A stretch of 63,358 nt of DNA, filler included, from Folioceros fuciformis (GCA_049999805.1; 13 parts of 13 records of this genome joined end to end with filler, not necessarily neighbours in it), one strand, 5' to 3'. Shown: positions 48,832 to 61,419, numbered from the whole stretch's first letter. Notes: generated by a model from the letters alone, not told the origin. A program made the numbers and translations.

Positions 48832-51831
48832 ATCCACAGCAGCAAGGAACCCCATCGCTCCTTCGTGGGAACGAAACCCAATGTCTCAACGACAGTGGGA
48901 TAAGTGTGGCCACTAAAGGTGGAACCCATTGGCAATCAGTGCCCGGGGTTTTGCCTCCACATCAGGACAGGTCAAGAGGACAGGTGCCTGCAATTGGTGC
49001 GGAACCCCTGGTCATTGGGAAAGAGACTGTAGAAAGAAAAAGGCCGGAGAACCTAAGAAAGCCGAGAAGGCTCCACAGGCTAATTCGGTCTCCAAGCCTT
49101 CTAAGGCCAGCACATCTGGCAAGCCTCTTGTGGACTCCACTTGCTGAATAGGTCCTTGGAAAATGGTAGGATTTCTCTTTTTGGGAATCTCTAAGTGAAC
49201 CCTGTGGTGAAATGGTTAAAAGATTAGGTTAGATTAGTAGCTAGATTAATGGTGAGGCGAGACGTGTCTTTGAAGGGTTGCTGGAATGATATGAGAGAAG
49301 GGATGGAATGATTTGAGAGAGAAGGGAGAGGGTTGAGAGGCACTGACCATTTTGGTAGTCTTGAGAGGTTGGTCAATTTTGGTAAGGGCACCCAGTGGTG
49401 TCCATGGGACACAACCCCTATCAGGTCAGAACTAGGTTTGGGTCAAAGTTAGGGTTAGGTCAGAGTTAGGTTTAGGTCAGAATTAGGGGCGGCTTAGGTC
49501 AGAGAGAGATTGTTGGGTGGTTGATTGAGGCTAACCCTAATAGATAGAGATGGAGGTTTGGGCCAAGGTAGTATAAGAGGCTAGACCTGCCATTGAGGAG
49601 GGGGTTGTCTACGGTGTGATTTCCTTGGACCTTGGGTGCAGAACTCCTGGCTTAGGGCGCTGAGCTGGTTGAGGCAAAACCATGGTCTTGATTTCCCTTG
49701 CCACTAGGGGAACGTGGAGGATCCCAAAACTGCCAAGATTCGTGTGGCCGGATCCGCAATGGCTGACCACCTTGCATGCTGGTTGAGGTGAGGTTGCAGG
49801 GCCGTGAGCCAAGGAGGCTACCCAGCCCTAGGCCTCACCTCTGCCTTGAAGGGAAGGTTGCAAGAGGGAAGGCTGTTGTGTTCCAAATTGCAGGAGAGAA
49901 GGGTTGAGTTGCAGATTTTGGAAGTGGAAGTGTTGAAGTGAGGAGTTGAGCTGAAGTGAGGGGCTGGAGGGTGAAGTGAAGTGCTGAAGTGAAGGACTGA
50001 AGTGCTGAAGTGAAGGACTGAAATGCTGGGGTGAAGTGCTGAAGTGGTGGAATGAAGTGTTGAAGCTGGAGTGAGGAGCTAGCTGAAGTTGAGGTTCTCG
50101 TTCAGCTGCGGAGATAGCTAGCACTACGTGCTGAGAGTTGGAGGCCAGACTTGGGGCTGGAGCCTCCTCTCAGCACTGAAGTGATTGATACTTGGACTTG
50201 GAAACGAGGGCTGAAGACAATGCTGGAGTTCTCATTTTGTTGAGGCTGGGGTTGGTGTTGTGGTAGGAGCCGAAGACAGGACTGAGAATTCTGACCTATT
50301 GCTGTAGCACTTGGTATATGCTGATAGATAGGGTGAGATTAGGGAGATGTAGGTAACCTTGACATTAGTTCACTCCCTTGGGAGCGAATCATAAGACTGC
50401 AACGATAATAAGGGAAAGTGTGGCCCCTTGGTGGTTCTGGGGTGTGCAAGAAATCACTCCACACCTCCCGTTGTTATGACAGTTTGCCTTTCCACTGCTT
50501 CCAGGGTAGATGACGCCTGGTACTTGGATTCTGGAGCAACGACACACGTCTGCCACAACAAGTCTTTGATGAGCAACTTTGTCCCGTTGCACACTGCTGA
50601 ACGGGTACTTTTGGGAGATGAGCATACTAGAACAGGACTCAAGATTCTTGGACGCGGCTCCTGCTATTTTCAGCCATCTCATGGAGAGCTCCTTCGAATC
50701 GACAACGTCCTCTATGTGCCTGATATGGCCAAACACATTCTGTCAATAAGCCAGCTTATGCAGCTTAAACGTTTTCAGCTAACATTTACTTCTGATGGAT
50801 GCATGCTCACTACATCTAGTCCTTCACCTTCTCTGGTTGCTAAGGGCTTGCTAGAGCATCGTTTATATAGGCTAGATATGTCTTGTGTACCTGCTAAGAG
50901 TGCCCGTGTGGCTGAGAGGTCTCAGGCAGCTTTAGCTCAGTTGTGGCATGCCCGTCTGGGCCATGCTCACAAAGATAAACTTATTACAATGTCCAATTTA
51001 GAATGCTATAGAAAACCACTACCTAAGTGTTTTAAGGCCCTTCCCCTTTGTGATGCTTGCATAGTATCCAAGCAAAAAGAACTTCCGTTTCCAAAAACTG
51101 TAGCTACACGCACTACGTCCGTCTTAGACCTAGTTCATGCAGATACCTCTGGGAAAATACATGTTCCTTCTTTAGGTGGTTCCCTCTATTACCTCACCCT
51201 TACGGATGACTTTAGCCGCTATTCTTGGACTTTTCCTATGAAGAAGTCGGACACTTTTGTCTATTTTCAGGAATGGCTTACCACGGTTCAGAGACAGACA
51301 GGCTGCTCTCTGAAATGCTTGAGGTTGGACAATGGTACGGAGTTTGTGAATGGCCCTTTCGATGAGTATTTATCCAGCCAAGGGATCATTCGGCAACTTA
51401 GCCTTCCGTATACTCAGCAACAGAATGGTGTTGCTGAGCGCCGCAACCAGACTCTGCTTAGCATGACTCGGAGTATGCTAGCTTGGTCCGGCCTGAGCAA
51501 GGCATATTGGGCAGAAGCAGTTGTGACTGCCACCTGTATTCTTAACAGGTTGCTTACCACAGCTGTTCCTGATTGTACACCTTTCGAACGGATTTGGACA
51601 CACAAGCCAAGCTTGCTTCATCTTCAAGTGTTCGGCTCCCCTGCCTATGCTTATATCCATGAGGAACAAAGGAAGAAGCTGGAAGATTGAGCTCGACCCC
51701 TTATTTTTGTTGGATATGGTGAGGAGACGAAGGCCTACAAGTTGTACGACCCTTCCACCAGATCTTTAATCTTTTCTCGGAGTGTCACCTTCAAGGAGCT
51801 CACTCAACCAGCTACAACCACTTCTGACCCT
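48832..51831 (+). mobile_element. Ty1/Copia gag-PR-IN fragment interrupted by a 1.3-kb insertion
   Basis: CNWCGTPGHWERDC before the insertion; WYLDSGATTH, LWHARLGH, DNGTEF and NGVAERRN after it. Confidence 0.94.
49124..50450. mobile_element. Solo-LTR-like insertion (large LTR-like repeat, copy 2)
   Basis: Splits the Copia gag/PR linker and is homologous to 33070-34267. GCAAG is repeated at 49119-49123 and 50446-50450; TG at 49129 and CA at 50448. Confidence 0.78.
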
Positions 51832-51931
51832 NNNNNNNNNNNNNNNNNNNNNNNNNNNNNNNNNNNNNNNNNNNNTTAATTAATTAANNNNNNNNNNNNN
51901 NNNNNNNNNNNNNNNNNNNNNNNNNNNNNNN

Positions 51932-53336
51932 ACACCATCAGCCCTGACAGTCGGGACTAGAATGTTTTCAAGTCCACTGTTGCTTCCCATTTGTCTTTCT
52001 ACAAAAGCTGATGTTAAGCACACATTAGAGTGGTACTTCGACACAGGTGCCACTGCGCATATTTGTTTTAACATAAATGCTTTTAGCACATACAGGTCTG
52101 TTCCATATCAGTGTGTCTACCTTGGAGATGACAGATCTCTTGTTGCACCTAGTCGAGGCACAATTGAGTTGAAAGTGCCTTCTGGCATCAAATTGCTTCT
52201 CAAGAATGTCTACTATGTGCCTGACATGACAAAATCTTGATCTCAGTCAAGCGTTTAAATGCTGATAACAACAGTCACGTTGTCTTCACTAGAATAGATT
52301 GTCAGATTGTAGATGCCTTTAACCCTAGGAAGGTACTTGCCTATGGATCTTCAGATCATGACCTGTTCCGTCTTCATCTTCATAGTGGACTAGCAGAGTC
52401 AGACCAGCCATCACCAATTGTCTCCTTGGCCTCTGCACAACAAGTTGAAAAATCAGAATTGTGGCATTCCCAGCTTGGTCATCCTCACATGGCAAAATTG
52501 CAGAAGTTGGCTGTAAGTACTTTATATCAAGATGGCCCTATTGGCCCATTAGCTGCTAGTCCCCTATGTGAAGCTTGTGTATTATCTAAGAAACACCAAG
52601 CAGCATTCAAGAATAAAGCCCCTTACCACGCAACATATATTCTTGAGCTTGTGCACACAGATATGTGTGGACCCCTGTCTCAAACAGTCCATTGGTGGTG
52701 AACGTTATTTTCTAACGTTTACCGATGACAAAAGCCGTTTTGTCACCACCTATGTTCTAAAACACAAGAGTGAGTGCTTTTCCTATTTTAAGGAATATAT
52801 TAAGTTTGCTGAACGTTGGACAGGTAAACAACTTAAGACACTAAGATCAAATAACGGTGGTGAATTCATTTCTAATGAATTTCAAAGCTTTTGCAAGGAT
52901 GAGGGCATAGGCCGTCAACTTACTGTTGTGTATACTCTGCAGCAGAACGTCTGAATCTTACATTGCAGGAAATGGTTTCCTCCTTGTTGCATGATGCTGA
53001 GCTACCACTTCCCTATTGGGCTGAAGCCCTTATGACCTCCACTTACCTGCGCAACAGGCTGCCAACAAGTGCAGTTGCTGATAAAACCCCCTATGAGGCC
53101 TTTACAGGCCACAAACCATCTATACAACATTTAAGAATGTTTGGTTGCCTAGCCTATGCATTTATTCCTAAAAGAAAAGGAGTAAACTTTCAGATAAAGC
53201 ACGCAAGTTGCTTATGCTGGGGCTATACAGAGGGGATAAAACCTTACAAGTTGTATGATGTTCCTTCTAACAGAGTGATCTATGCTCGAAGTGTGACATT
53301 TGATGAAACCAGGACTTGGGCTTCAGTGGGAGCTCA
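51932..53336 (+). pseudogene. pol: Copia protease-integrase fragment
   Basis: WYFDTGATAH, LWHSQLGH, HTDMCGP, SNNGGEF, HLRMFGC. Confidence 0.94.
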
Positions 53337-53436
53337 NNNNNNNNNNNNNNNNNNNNNNNNNNNNNNNNNNNNNNNNNNNNTTAATTAATTAANNNNNNNN
53401 NNNNNNNNNNNNNNNNNNNNNNNNNNNNNNNNNNNN

Positions 53437-54603
53437 AAAGGGGGATAGTGCAAGTGCAATATGTTAGTATAGATGAGAACACAACTGATGTTTTTACTAA
53501 GGGACCCTCCAAGGAGAAACATTACAAGCATCTAGCAGCTTTGGGTTTGAGGGTTTTCACCATCCCTACACCTAGTGCCTAACCTACCCAATTTGATGCC
53601 ACAAGGCAGGAGTATTGTCCGAGCAATCAATCCCCACTAAGCTAGCCTAGGTCAGGACTGATTTTCTCTCTGCCCTGCACATTGCATTTCAAAATATGGC
53701 ACACTCAGTGGATGAAGTGAAAGGTTTAGAATCAAGTCATGAGTTGTGCCATAAGTCTTACCTTCCTACATGTCATGTTGCTTGTTCACTGGAGGTTTGC
53801 AAACGTAGCCAAGGCTCTCCATTTCTCTCGCCATCGCCATGCACTCTTCAAGAGTCATTACTCGAGATTCTTCTAAGCCTGTAGGCTCGTTTACTGACAG
53901 TTCCTCTAGCTCGCGAGTGCGCACCCTAGCTGCCTTGAGTAGGTTTCTTAGTTTGTCGCACGTCTCCAGGGTCTTGTGCAGATGCCACAGTAGGTCTCTG
54001 TTGGCTGTAGTCAGTGGTCATGTTTTCTTTATTCCAGGAACTGATGCTGAGGGAGCTGTGGCGGCGGCAAGCCTAATGTGGGGAGTCTCCATCCTGCTGG
54101 CGATGTTCTTGCTCACTACCTCTAGCTCCAATGTCACTCCGCCACTCTCCTTCAGCTGCTGAATTTCTTCCATCGCATTCTACACTCGAAGTTAGAATCA
54201 CAAACAAGACAACTGCAGTTGTTCCCCCCATGGCTAAGCTTGGTATTTCAAGAGCGTTCGCCATTATTGAGGCAGCCTAAGCGACAGTCACAAGAGAGTT
54301 GTTCAAGTTGGGCGCTCAAGTGAAGTGTGCGCTTTTAAGACTCTTTGTTGTAACCTTCACAGGTTAAGAGGGAGTGTTGAAGTAATCATTAGTTTAACCT
54401 GCTTAGGTTACACATACATTTATACTTAGGTATAACCCTAATTAGGGTTATCCATACTTTTGGCTATTTAAACTTTATTCTTCTCAGTTATTAATTGAAT
54501 TGCTATTATGAGCAAAAGTGTCTAGTCTATCCTTAGATATTTACACTAAGAAATCAAACCGACTGTTCTATGGCTGAAACTGGAGACTGCTGATATTCTC
54601 ACA
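53437..54603 (+). mobile_element. Copia 3' end (RH tail, 3' region, PPT, LTR 54375-54603)
   Basis: DVFTKG..KHYKHLAALGL, then PPT AAGAGGGAG and TGTTGA...CTCACA. Confidence 0.82.
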
Positions 54604-55744
54604 CAGTATGTGTGCACCTTAGTGGCCATTGCCACTGTTACGACGAAGAACAGCTTCAGGCTTACAGCCATCCTACAAGTGAAGGTCAGATCTTAGGTTA
54701 GCAGTGTCTACATGCGTGTCTGGAGGATGAAGCGTTAACTTGGAATCAAAACGCAGACATGGCGTGCAACAGGTTTAGTTAGGAAGTTCACCTCTCTTAG
54801 CTTCTTCCCACAAAGAGGGCACATACGGCTACGGTGCATACACACGCTGCAATCTCGCTTTCTCCGAGCTATGTCAAAGAAGGCCTTGTTGGCGGCTGCG
54901 TTCGCTACGGCTTCTTCAACCAGAGCTGCCTTCTGCCTGATTACCTTAGTTTTCTTCGTATCCAACAGCGCCTCCATCTTTGCCAAGGTTGCCATGGCAG
55001 CTACGACCTGCTGCTCCAACACAGGAGAAGTGGGAGCTACGTCTTCGTCTCCGGCTTGGCGACTGGAGAAGTCTTCCACAACATTCGAGTTCTTGTTGAT
55101 GTGGGTCATGTCGGGTTTAGACTCTGAAACTCTAGCTCGACTATGGTTGGAGCGGGTGGCAGAGCTCTCACTAGGCGGTGTTCATCGATTGGTAGGGCGT
55201 TAGGTGCAGACATAGCAACTTGGAGTATTGCTCTATGCGTTGCACAACGACCTCGTGCTCCACCTCCGCTGTTGCTGATTGAATTCTTCATGCTGATGCG
55301 CCGAGGACTCTAAACAGGGCTGGCGCCGCTAGAGGCTCCAGAGTGGCTTGCGCCGCCAGAGCGAGTCTTCATCTTTAGGTCTAAGCAAGGGATCGATGTG
55401 CTTAGCAGATAGCAAGCGCAACAAATAAGTAAGAAGGTCAGGAGTTCCATGCCGAATTTGGTGGGAGTACGATTTCGCGCTGGACAATGCAACAATTATG
55501 CTTATGAACCATCTATGGTTGTATAAACCATGTTGGTTTAGTGGGAGTGTTAAGAATGAAACCCTAACATTGTTTATACCTTAGTTGATAAACTAGGGGT
55601 TAGTTATTAAACTCAAAAGACATCACAAGTTTTGTATATAAGAGGTTCTATCTTAATTGAAACTACTCTTCTTTGTATTATGTCTTTTCTAGCTAAATGC
55701 ATGATATAAAGTAAACACGTAGCACGGCTTACTATGGCCTCACA
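54604..55744 (+). mobile_element. Second Copia-like 3' end (3' region, PPT, LTR 55548-55744)
   Basis: PPT AGTGGGAG then TGTTAA...CTCACA, an AT-rich 197-bp LTR. No pol is visible. Confidence 0.62.
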
Positions 55745-57344
55745 GCGAGGTGACGGTACTCATGTGCTGGACCGAGTTCCCCTCCTCTCGAGTGCTCATG
55801 CTTTGGTCCTGTGATGCGAAGTCAAACAAGCAGGCTTCCGGGCTGAGAGCCAGGGTGTTCGGTGGCTGAGTTGTGCTCCTCAAGGTCAGTCACCTGGGTG
55901 TGGAATCTGTGCCGATTGTTCTCCAGGACGTGCAACGGGAGCTACGGGGGTGGCGAGCCCACACCGAGTCTTGGCCCTCTAGATCCCTACAGCCCACGGT
56001 CTTAATGTGCGACCGCCGGATTGCTAGTATCCTTTTAGCCTGAATTTTATTGCCAAGAGTCTTGAGGTTGATCGTCCAACAACTAATCTTGCTTAGACCA
56101 AGTTTGGACTCCAAATCTCTAGTCGGACTTGCATGGTTTGCCATTGCCAACCTAGCCCTGTCATCGGCCTAAGGCAGAACTACCTTATGCGCACCAGGTC
56201 CGTTAGGAGAAGTACTCTCATCAGCCTCAAAGAACCGCATGAGCAGCCGCCGTTTCCCCTCGTTCAAGCTGGGTCTTGTGCATGGCACTCCAACTCCCGG
56301 CTGCTTGTGCAACTTCGCTCCTACTGCTTGACCCCTCCAACTCACGGCGCACGGTCAGTGCTTAGTCACAAGCTTGGTACCGCAGCATGCCGGAGTTCCG
56401 CCGGTTGATCTTCACCAGCTCCTCCCAGTTTTGGTAGCCGCAACCACACACTCCGCAACATTCATGCGTACCACAGCTGCCACTAGAAGGTTGCACTTCA
56501 GACAAGTGGCAATGATCTGCAACACGGACTGTAGAAGCTTAGGCTCCGAAGACTCTCCTAACGTCGAGCCCGCGTTCTTCTCTCTGCCCGCGTCCACTCA
56601 AGCGAACCCGATGGAATCCACAGAATGCTGGCCTAAACACTCCGCAGACCCGCTGTAGCAGCCCCATGACCCGCGTCAGGCCCTTGCAATGTGCCAATAG
56701 CAGCTTTCGTAGTGGGGAGCTTCAAGATGGCACGGATATGCCCATGCCCAAGCTGACACAATTGTCCCCGGCGATAGCCTGCTGGCAAGACCCCTGAGCC
56801 GCAAGCGTTTCGCAATCACCCAGTAGGAGTCTGTATAGAGGCATATCCTTAGGACAATCCTCCGGCGTCTTCCACTCAAACTTGGGACTTGATGATGGGG
56901 AAGTAGTTGCCGAAGACGTAGCCGATTCTTGTGCAAGCCCGCACCGCATATGGCAACTTGTCGAACACCAGCACCTTCACGATCGAAGACATGATAAGGC
57001 GCTCCGAGATTTGCGAGAACATGCCTCTGGGCTTCAGCAGATTCGCTATGTGGCCTTGCTATCCCCCAAGACAGACCCCTGCGAGTGTGTGTCTATAGCG
57101 AATCCACATTCAGGAGTTCGTCTATGGTTTACTCTCGNNNNNNNNNNNNNNNNNNNNNNNNNNNNNNNNNNNNNNNNNNNNTTAATTAATTAANNNNNNN
57201 NNNNNNNNNNNNNNNNNNNNNNNNNNNNNNNNNNNNNTTCTTAGATGGTCAGTGCCCACACATTTGTCTACACCTGCAACAACAGTAGATTTTGTTAGGA
57301 AGCATATTTTTCTCTGGCACCCATCTGTACCCTTACCTCTTTTC

Positions 57345-58266
57345 CTACTCACTTTTATTATTTCCCTCTATCATTGCTGTTTCCGTTTTGATTATCTCCC
57401 CATTGTCAAGAGGACTATTAGCACTAGGGTACGACCTCCAGCTTGGACTTCCCTCACATATCGCTGACTTGGGGTCTATATTATCTGTTGCGGCATACCC
57501 GGACTCCTCCGACTTTTCCTCTATTTCGACGTTGTCGAATTCAGGATATTCTGCAGATGCTGCCTCAGCACATTTATTTATTGGGATCCCGTCCTTATGG
57601 AGAGTGGGAGCTATCGGCTGCTGCCCTATGATTTCAGCTGCATTTTCGATAATTTTATTATTCTTCAGCAATATATATGGTGCTATTATTACAGCTTAGT
57701 ATTTACTTACTAGNNNNNNNNNNNNNNNNNNNNNNNNNNNNNNNNNNNNNNNNNNNNNNNNNNNNNNNNNNNNNNNNNNNNNNNNNNNNNNNNNNNNNNN
57801 NNNNNNNNNNNNNAGCAATATATATGGTGCTATTATTACAGCTTAGTATTTACTTACTAGTCTCTATGGTATTTTTGATTTCCTTTACTACCACTTCCGT
57901 GTTCCCTATGTGGGTTTGGATCACCAATAGATCCTCCTCTTCTACTTCTTCGACATCACATGTGTTAGCAGCCAAGGCACATACATGCAAGAAATCAGCA
58001 TCAAAATTAGGGTCATCTTCACCCTCTTCTATATGTCGCCCAGGACCAGATGTTGGTATTTTCTCGTATCCCAGGATGCGAGCATGCGCCGCTTGGCGGT
58101 TTAAGGCACCTTTCTCCCTCCTTGCCGCTAATTTCTTCCTTCGGCTTGTCTTCCTTTTTCTTTTCCCGTCCCTCGATGCACCGGGGGGGGCATGGGCACT
58201 TTCACTTTCCATCATGTGATGCATCGCACGACGGGGTCCTGCCACCATTATCAACATGAAAGGCAA
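57345..58266 (-). pseudogene. Decayed ORF (basic NLS-like then acidic low-complexity), probably retroelement-derived
   Basis: ORFs 57850-58266 (KRKRKTSRRKK, acidic tract) and 57345-57671 become near-contiguous once the duplicated overlap around the N-gap is merged; no domain recognised. Confidence 0.3.
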
Positions 58267-59262
58267 TATTAAGGAGTGTTGCGGCTACTCACCTTTTGCA
58301 CACAGCAAATTCAAATACAGCTTATTAGCAACAGGATTGGCAGCAATCCACTCGCGCTCTACCCTCAGCATAAAATTTGCATACACTGATGAATAGTGGC
58401 AGACTTTTACCGATCTAGCAACAGCCCAATCACTGCAATACAGGAGCAATCCAGGTGCTGTCCAGGCGCGCGGCGCGGCGCGGCAGTATCTTCTACAGCG
58501 GCGTGGGAGTACCCTCTACAATCAGCGCGCATCAGCGGGATTCCAGCCTGATCAAAAGTGCAACCATGGAGCGCGCCTCCAAATTCGGGGAAGGCCGATA
58601 ACGACGGCTTTCCCTCTTGGCGCGCTCCTCGTGGCCGGCCAGCACGCTCCTCGTGGCCTGTGGCCGGCCATAACTAATGTACCGGTTTTTCCCGCCCGCC
58701 AATCGCGTAGCGGGGTCTTCTTTTCAGCCTTATCCTCCTTTATTACTATTTAAGGGCCTTTTTGAGCCCTTTTCATTATTCCTATTTGGGGGGCTCCAAT
58801 CAATGGTCCCCATCCCGGTACTGATTCATCAGGAAGGAGCTTAACTGTGCATATTATGGGTTTTCAAAACGTGGAGCAGTCACCAATCCCCCATCCGAGT
58901 ACTGATCCGGGTAGTGGGGTACTTAACTACGGAGTTCTGATTCAGCCCGATATATTGACACCCTATCTTGCCACACCATGCTATAAGATGCATATAGTAT
59001 TATTTTCTTTTCTTTTCTTTACCTAAATTATCATCACCTATGAGCTTATATATGTTATAGGCCTCATTTAAAAGCTAGAATTCATCCCTGCATTCATAGT
59101 GAGTGGGAGTGATGAAATAAGTCTAGATTTAGGGCACTATTCATTAGGGCCNNNNNNNNNNNNNNNNNNNNNNNNNNNNNNNNNNNNNNNNNNNNTTAAT
59201 TAATTAANNNNNNNNNNNNNNNNNNNNNNNNNNNNNNNNNNNNNNNNNNNNTGCCTTGCAGA

Positions 59263-59847
59263 ATGGCGCGACCCCAGAGCTCGGCCCCCACCCATGTCAC
59301 ATGGCTGCGACTCCTGCCGGCGCTAGCGCTGCTGCTCGCATGCAGCTGCGTGGGCGCACTGCTGCAGGCGCCGGGAGCTCTTGCCGCGACCTACGAGATA
59401 GTGGACATCGCCAGCATTGTTGGCAAAGGGGAAATCCAGATCAAGCTGGAGTACCCCGCGGCATACCTGAACGGCTTCGGCAGCACGGTGTCGTACACGA
59501 CCAGTGCCACCGACACCAGCACCGTGTGGCAGCTTGAGCAGTACATCATCGGCGGCGTGCTGGACAATTCCGTGTACATCAAGCACCCAGGCACCGGCAA
59601 GTATATCACGTACGTGGTCGGGGTGCCTTTCATCACCGACGAGGGCTTCAACCTCCAGATCGGGCCCAACCCCTTGTTCGGCCGCTGGTGGTTCTACTCC
59701 ATCGACAAGACCTCGCGCTTCAAGGTTTGCAGCGCCAACAACATCTTCTACTGCCTAACCTTCACTGCCTCCTCTTCCAAGGACGGCGCCACCGTCTTCA
59801 CCGTCGCCCCAGAGGCCACGTTCAATCCACTCATAGAGATGGCTTAA
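59263..59847 (+). CDS. Putative secreted beta-trefoil (ricin-B/RICIN-like lectin) protein
   Basis: Hydrophobic signal-like N-terminus ending ALA, strongly GC3-biased codons, trefoil-type motifs (TVWQL..VYIKHPGTGKYI, RWWF..FKV, YCLT..SSKDGATV), and an acceptor-like TTGCAG just before the ATG. The fold call is by eye. Confidence 0.7.
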   Translation: MARPQSSAPTHVTWLRLLPALALLLACSCVGALLQAPGALAATYEIVDIASIVGKGEIQIKLEYPAAYLNGFGSTVSYTTSATDTSTVWQLEQYIIGGVLDNSVYIKHPGTGKYITYVVGVPFITDEGFNLQIGPNPLFGRWWFYSIDKTSRFKVCSANNIFYCLTFTASSSKDGATVFTVAPEATFNPLIEMA

Positions 59848-60335
59848 GATGATAAGGCAGACGTACCCACCTTAGTATTTACGGTGTGGTGTGGCCTACA
59901 AATTAGCACCTAGCCTTTCTAGAGGGAATACCTAGACTAGCAAGAAGTAGTATAAAGCCTTGGCCTTCGTAGCCATGGTCAAGCAGAGGGCCTATACGCC
60001 TGTCTCTGCTCCTAGATCTTGTCATACCATCTTGTCATCCATTTATGGATTGTGCTTTGGAGTCAGTCTAGCAGCCTTGTGTTTTGTTGACCCAACGAAA
60101 TGTGCGTTCCGCTTTCTGTACACCACGTGATACAGCACCATGGCTATGAAACTTGAAGGATCAAGGAAGGAGTACAACGTCAGCAACTGAAGGCGTCCTG
60201 TCGCACCAATCCCACCATGAGTTCCTAGCCGCAGTATCACAAAGTGACATATCACTGATTCGGAACCTTATGCCTTTAAGAGCATTGATTGTTAGTCTGT
60301 GTAGGGGGCCTGTGGTCCTAAGGAGGCATAGTCCA

Positions 60336-60401
60336 TCGCTGACCTGTGGAGTGGCATTCGCTGACCTGTGGAGTGGCATTCGCTGACCTGTGGAGTGGCA
60401 T
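60336..60401 (+). repeat. 22-bp perfect tandem repeat x3
   Basis: TCGCTGACCTGTGGAGTGGCAT x3. Confidence 0.95.
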
Positions 60402-60550
60402 ATGCCTAGTAGATGTCTACCTTCTAGAGGTATCTCCAGAGCCATACCCAGCTAACAACATAACCAGCATCTCACAGGACGAGTTAGATCCACTCAAAGG
60501 ATAAGTTAGAGAAAACACACTACATTGTTGTATGTCTCATTCAATCCCAC

Positions 60551-60659
60551 TGATAAAATATAGTGAGTGGGAGTAATATAATATAGTGAGTAAAATATAG
60601 TGAATGAGAGTAATAAAATATATTGAGTGGGAGTGATAAAATATATTGAGTGGGAGTGA
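60551..60659 (+). repeat. About 23-bp minisatellite running into an N-gap
   Basis: TAAAATATA(G/T)TGAGTGGGAGTGA-type units. A single related unit with a similar flank (ACTATTCATTAG) is at 59096-59151. Confidence 0.85.
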
Positions 60660-60803
60660 NNNNNNNNNNNNNNNNNNNNNNNNNNNNNNNNNNNNNNNNN
60701 NNNNNNNNNNNNNNNNNNNNNNNNNNNNNNNNNNNNNNNNNNNNNNNNNNNNNNNNNNNGGGTACTATTCATTAGCACCTATAAATTTCTAGAATTTATA
60801 ATT

Positions 60804-61305
60804 AATTAATTTCTAAAGATAGAAGTAATTTTTTAGGAAGTTATTTAAGTAGTTAGTAGTTATCTATTGGTTATAACCACCTATAACCATTTCTACCACA
60901 AAATAGTTGAAGCAATATAATCCATGCTAAGTACATTTTACAGCAACTTATGATTATCACCCATTCTCAATTCGGCATCTTACATTATTAATTTATAACT
61001 AATTTTTAGCCTAGAGCAGTCTTGCACAACTTGTTCTCAACTCTTAACCTTAAACAATTAATTTCTAAAGGTAGAAGTAATTTCTTAGAAAGTTATTTAA
61101 ATATTTAATGGTTATATATTGTTACAATCACTTATAACCATTTCTACCACAAAATAGTTGAAACAATATAATCCATGCTAAGTACATTTTACAGCAACCT
61201 ATGATTATCACCCATTCTCAATTCGGCATCTTACATTATTAATTTATAATTAATTTTTAGCCTAGAGCAGTCTTGCACAACTTGGTTCTCAACTCTTAAC
61301 CTTAA
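60804..61305 (+). repeat. About 252-bp AT-rich tandem duplication
   Basis: Units start AATTAATTTCTAAAG at 60804 and 61056, with near-identical 3' halves. Confidence 0.93.
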
Positions 61306-61419
61306 GTAACCTTGCACAAGTCTTAATCTCACTCTTGAAAACCTTTCCACAACTTTGATGTCTAAGCTTGGAAACTTGAGTGAACTCACATGATTCTTAA
61401 TTTTCCGCTTACCTTCCTT

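Noticed and set aside
55745-57137. Possible gene remnant
   Set aside because: Short broken ORFs in all frames, with no recognisable motif.
57667-57860. 47-bp direct repeat flanking an N-gap
   Set aside because: An identical overlap on both sides of a 100-N gap indicates unmerged contig ends.
60336-60401. CRISPR-like repeat
   Set aside because: Three head-to-tail copies with no spacers; a simple tandem duplication.
59825-60496. ATCCACTCA direct repeat as a 9-bp Mutator-type TSD truncating the lectin-like gene
   Set aside because: No terminal inverted repeats inside, and GC3-rich coding sequence does not resume after the second copy.
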